Below are positions 28,724 to 32,000 of a DNA stretch of 32,000 bases, piece after piece. The stretch spans positions 404,863 through 436,862 of the forward strand of contig GG663746.1 of assembly GCA_000151265.1 (NCBI GenBank), read 5' to 3'. This DNA is from Micromonas pusilla. Lineage: Eukaryota. The notes below the pieces were generated by a model. That model ran no database searches and was not told the origin of the DNA. It saw nothing but the letters and a program-made list of their open reading frames with translations. The translations under genes were made by a program, and so were the position numbers. Position 1 is the stretch's first letter; each line of letters starts with the position of its first letter.

Positions 28724-31115
28724 ACACGTTCGGCGACGCGTTCTCCGCCATCGCGGCGCGCGCTTCCGCGCGCCACTCGTCGAGTACGCCGTCGCCGCGC
28801 GTCGCCGCGTCGGCGTCCGCGTCCGCCCTCGCCCTCGCCTTCGCCTTCGCATCCGCCGCGAGGCGACGCTCCGCCGCCGCCGCCCTCGCCTCCGCGGCGG
28901 CGAGCGACGCGTCCTTCTCCGCCTCGATCGCGACGCGACGCGCGCTCGCGTCCGCGGCCGCGCTCGCCGCCGCCTCGCGCTCGCGCTCCGCCGCCGCGAG
29001 CCTCTCGCGCGTCGCTCTCAGCTCCCCGTCGGCGGTCGCGGCGTCGACGCGTCGCGTCGCCGACGCGCTCTCTCGCTCGCGCCGCGCCGCGGACAGCTCG
29101 CGCTCCGCCCTGGACAGCTCGCTCGCGAGCTTCTCGCCGCGAGTCTTCTCCGTCTCGAGCGCCTCGCGCAAGATGTCCTCCCGCGCGGCCGCGCCTCGCT
29201 CGGTGACCTCGCGATCGCGCTCAGCCGCGGCGACGTCAGCCTCGAGCGTCGTCGCGCGCGCGTCGGCGCGCTCGAGGCGCGTCTCTGAGGGCCATTCCAT
29301 ACGAGCGAACGTCGGGGTGGAGTTGAAAGGCGTCAGTTGAAGTTGAAAGGCGTCATAGGGGCGGGGATTGAAAGCGAGGAGTGGACGGAGAGATGCGCCG
29401 GGAAAAGTCCTTAAGGATCGGCGTTCACCACGCCAACGCGGTCGTATGGGGACCAGTGTATAGAACGCGCCTAGCGCGCGTCGCGTCTCCTCCGCCTCCT
29501 TCCTCCGCGCATTCTCCGTCGCGCTCTCCCGCTCCGCGGCGTCCGCGCGCTGCCGTTCCCACTTCTCCTTCGCTCTGAGCGCAGCCTCGGCGCGCCGCGA
29601 CGTCGCGCCGACGGCGCCGCCGACGGCGTCGAGGAGAAACGACGCGAGGCGCTCGTGTTTCCCCGCGCCCTCCGCGTCGCGCGCGTACGCCGCCGCCTCT
29701 CTCTCCACCGCGGAGACGACCGCGTCGACGGTCGCGTCCGGGGCGTTCACGACCGCGCCGACGCGCGAGGACGCGTCGGCGTGGAGCGTCGCGTTCTTCG
29801 CCGCCGCCGCCGCTCGGCGTCGCGCGCGGTAGTCCCTCCATTGCTTTTCGAGTCGATCCTCCGCGAGTCGCGTCCACGCGGCGCGTCGAACGTCGACGCC
29901 GCCCACCGCGGCGCCGTCGAACGTCTCCCTCGCGCGCGCCACCGACGTCGCGTGCAGCGCCGCGAGCGCGTCCGTCGCGGGGTCCGCGTCGTCGTGCTCC
30001 CCGAGCGGCGTCGCGTCCGCGGCGGGGAAGAAGGATGCGAGGTACGCGCGTTCGCCGTCCTCCGCGGCGGCGCGGCATTCCGCCTCGGCGACGCTCTGCC
30101 ACGCGGTGGCGATGGCGGGCACGGCGCCGTCGTTGATCGCGTCGACGTACTGCTTCGCCATCCCCGCGAGCGCGGGGCCGTTGAGGACGTCGCGCCCGAC
30201 CGTCTTCGGACGGCACCGCGAGAAGAGCAACGACACGAGGTCGTCGAGCCCGCGTCGGAACTCCGGGCGGAGGTCGGCGCGCGGCACCGAGGAGAGGTCG
30301 CGCAGCTGCGCCTCGTCGTTCACCGGTCGCACGAGCGGGAAGCACTCGCGCTCGGGGAATAAGCCTCGGATGGAGTCTCTGATGGCGTTCTTCGCGGCGA
30401 CGCCAGGGCCGTCGCCGGGGACGTGCCTGAGCGCGGACTCGAGGTAATCCGCGGCGGTGCCGTCGGCGAGGTCGAGATAAAAGTCGCGAAGCAGCCAGAC
30501 GAACGACGGCGAGAATCGCGCGAGGTCCGAAGCATCAGCCGCGCTTCTCCTCGCGCCAGGCCCGCTCTTCTCGCCGCCCTCCATCGCCGCCCTGACGCGG
30601 ATGTGATCGGTCATCTCCGTCACGAGCGAGAGTCGGTCCAGCGCGGCCTCGTCGATCCCGCCCATCTGGTTGTAGCAGAAGAGCGACGACAGCAGCACCG
30701 CGAGCGAGAAGATCTGCGTCGAGTACTGCCCCGTCTGGTCGTACGCGTCGACGCCCTCGGTGTCGAGCAGCACGAGGGAATAGCGCTCCCCTTCCGCGGT
30801 GACGCACGGCACGGGCTCGGACCATATCCACAACCCTTTCGTGCACGGGCGCACGGTCGGGCCGACCGCGAAGCCGTCGCGCCCGCGCGCGACGGACGCG
30901 AGCTGGTTGAGGATGAAGGACTTTCCCTGACGCGCGCGGCCGCACACGGCGAGGACGCCGACGGGGCCGCGCACGCCGCGGAGGCACGCCAGCGCGTCCT
31001 CGCCGAGCGTGAACTTCTTCGCGGCGTCGTCGTAGGAGAGGAGGTGGAGCGCGCGCCCGGCGGGGGGTGCGGCGGGCGCGGGCGCGGACGCGGACGCGCT
31101 CTTGGAGGAGAACAT
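28527..31115 (-). CDS. Guanylate-binding-protein (GBP)-like large GTPase of the dynamin superfamily, with a long C-terminal coiled coil. Exons 29471-31115 and 28527-29284.
   Basis: ATG 31115 (MFSSKSASA...). The P-loop is GRARQGKSFILNQL. The GBP-type sequence LVLLDTEGVDAYDQ and QIFSLAVLLSSLFCYNQMGGIDEAALDRLSLVTEMT are present. A helical domain is followed by an Ala/Arg/Glu coiled coil, a Gly12 tract and a short SAP-like tail (MTVAQLKHRMQVMGL...KKNVRKDDLVDMF). The intron is repeat copy 5. TGA at 28527-29. The track ORF start at 31337 is TTG. Confidence 0.85.
28689..28723 (-). repeat. (GCC)n trinucleotide repeat encoding polyGly in the GBP-like C-terminus
   Basis: Read directly from the sequence. 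The translation is CGGGGGGGGGGGGDAS. Confidence 0.9.
29285..29470 (-). mobile_element. Introner-element-type repeat, copy 5. It is the intron of the GBP-like gene (186 nt, GC-AG, phase 1) and is stop-free in the host frame.
   Basis: The minus strand starts GCGCGTTCTATACACTGGTCCCCATACGACC and ends GGAATGGCCCTCAG. Palindrome TCCTTAAGGA at 29408-29417. Length is 186 nt, i.e. 62 codons. That is why the ORF track shows GAFYTLVPIRPRWRGERRSLRTFPG... embedded in the protein. Splicing 29471^29284 gives ...RRAL-E-TRLERADA. Confidence 0.88.
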
Positions 31116-31333
31116 CGCGCCGAGGAGCCGAGGAGGATCTGAGGAGAAGATTCCGCCGCGCTCCCCGGCGAAGCTCCGGGCGCGAACGCGCGCGACGACG
31201 ACGACGACGACGCGGGCGCTCGGGCGCGCGAAGACGCGGGTCGGGTGTCGGCGAGGCGAGGCGCGCGGCACGCGCGAGGCGCTGTGAGAAGGGCGCGCGC
31301 GACGTGCGGCACACAGCTGTCGTTGTATTCCGT

Positions 31334-31927
31334 TCAAACGGCGCGGTCGGGTCTTTTCACGTCAGCGCTCATCGGCGACGACGCCCCAGACTCCTCGTCG
31401 GCGGCGTCTCCCTTCGCTCGCGTCCGCGCCGCGTCCTCCGTCTTCTCCCTCCTCTCGCGACGCCTCCGTCCGCACGAGAACGCGAGCCTGACCGCGAGCG
31501 CGGCGGTCAGCGGCGCGCCGACGATCACGGTCGCGTACGTCGCCGCGCGCTCGCGGATCCTCCGCGCGTCGTCGTCTCGTCCGCGTCCCTCGCCTCTCGC
31601 CTCCTCCTCCGCGTTATCGCCTCGAAGGTCGCTCCTTCCGCGCGCGACTGCGCCGTCGTCGTCGTCGCAGTCGTTCGCGTTCCCGACGCACCCCGCGTCG
31701 TTCACGTTCGTCGCGCGGTCGCTCCCGGTCAAGCCCGTCAGCGGATACCGCGGGTCCCGCGGCCGCGGCGTCGGCGTCGGCGTCTCGTCGCGCGTCGAGA
31801 ACGGCGAGCGCGCGGGCGCGGAGGCGTCGCGCGGAGGAGCGTCGGACGCGGCGGCGGACGGCGCGACGGCGAGGACGAGGCACGCGACCGCGAGGACGAC
31901 GGCGTATCGCGCGCGCGGGGGAGACAT
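31334..31927 (-). CDS. Hypothetical type I membrane protein (signal peptide plus one transmembrane helix)
   Basis: ATG 31927 to TGA 31334-36, 197 aa. The N-terminal hydrophobic signal is YAVVLAVACLVLAVAPSAAAS. There is an acidic/Cys-containing ectodomain, a TM segment YATVIVGAPLTAALAVRLAF, and then a basic stop-transfer sequence RRRRERREK. GC3 bias is good. No family was recognised. Confidence 0.55.
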   Translation of the reverse strand: MSPPRARYAVVLAVACLVLAVAPSAAASDAPPRDASAPARSPFSTRDETPTPTPRPRDPRYPLTGLTGSDRATNVNDAGCVGNANDCDDDDGAVARGRSDLRGDNAEEEARGEGRGRDDDARRIRERAATYATVIVGAPLTAALAVRLAFSCGRRRRERREKTEDAARTRAKGDAADEESGASSPMSADVKRPDRAV

Positions 31928-32000
31928 GACGAACCCGTGTGCGCGCGCGGGAGGGGGGGTGTGCGCCGCGCGCGAGCGACCGCCGCGCCGCGGCGACGCG

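Noticed and set aside
1964-29470. The recurring peptide AFYTLVPIRPRWRGERRSLRTFPG... and, on the opposite strand, KSLRIGVHHA.AVVW.PVYRT, seen in many ORFs of the track. This could be mistaken for a conserved protein domain or a small repeated gene.
   Set aside because: It is simply the translation of the repeat element. The copies are read in different frames relative to the host genes and four of five contain in-frame stops. No start or stop structure is conserved. Removing the element restores host protein homology.
1962-29470. Possibility that the dispersed repeats are a CRISPR array, a SINE/tRNA-derived retroposon or a MITE
   Set aside because: The copies are kilobases apart with no spacer-repeat periodicity, and this is a eukaryotic gene context. 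I see no A/B box Pol III promoter, poly(A) tail or tRNA-like 5' end. I also found no convincing terminal inverted repeats by eye. The intron-exact boundaries and the strand bias fit an introner-type element better.

Overview
This is very GC-rich, gene-dense eukaryotic nuclear DNA. I count 15 protein-coding genes and 2 tRNA-Pro genes, separated by short and slightly AT-richer spacers. Extreme GC3 codon bias produces many Arg-rich shadow ORFs in the six-frame track. The gene content points to a flagellated green picoalga: chloroplast-type LHC-like and starch-binding proteins, a dynein-assembly-type CS-domain protein, a MATE transporter, a rhomboid protease, a SIRT7-like sirtuin and a GBP-like GTPase.

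The stand-out signal is a dispersed family of five related 163-197 nt repeats: 1962-2143 and 2596-2783 on +, and 5733-5895, 22080-22276 and 29285-29470 on -. Each copy coincides exactly with a spliceosomal intron in an unrelated host gene and lies in sense orientation to that gene. Each carries its own donor (GCGCGT in four copies, GTGCGT in one), a CTGAC branch-like site and a terminal AG. Removing each copy restores reading frame in all five cases and restores conserved protein motifs in the rhodanese/TrhO-type and RRM genes. One copy also shows an 11-12 bp duplication of the upstream exon that supplies its acceptor.

From memory, this matches the introner elements reported for Micromonas pusilla CCMP1545 (Worden et al. 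2009) and later interpreted as intron-generating non-autonomous DNA transposons (Huff et al. 2016). The window is therefore probably from that lineage. I could not run a search to confirm either the organism or the family assignment.

Four further conventional introns are inferred from consensus GTGCG(T/C) donors, pyrimidine tracts with AG, and frame conservation. No CRISPR arrays, rRNA genes or autonomous transposon ORFs were seen.
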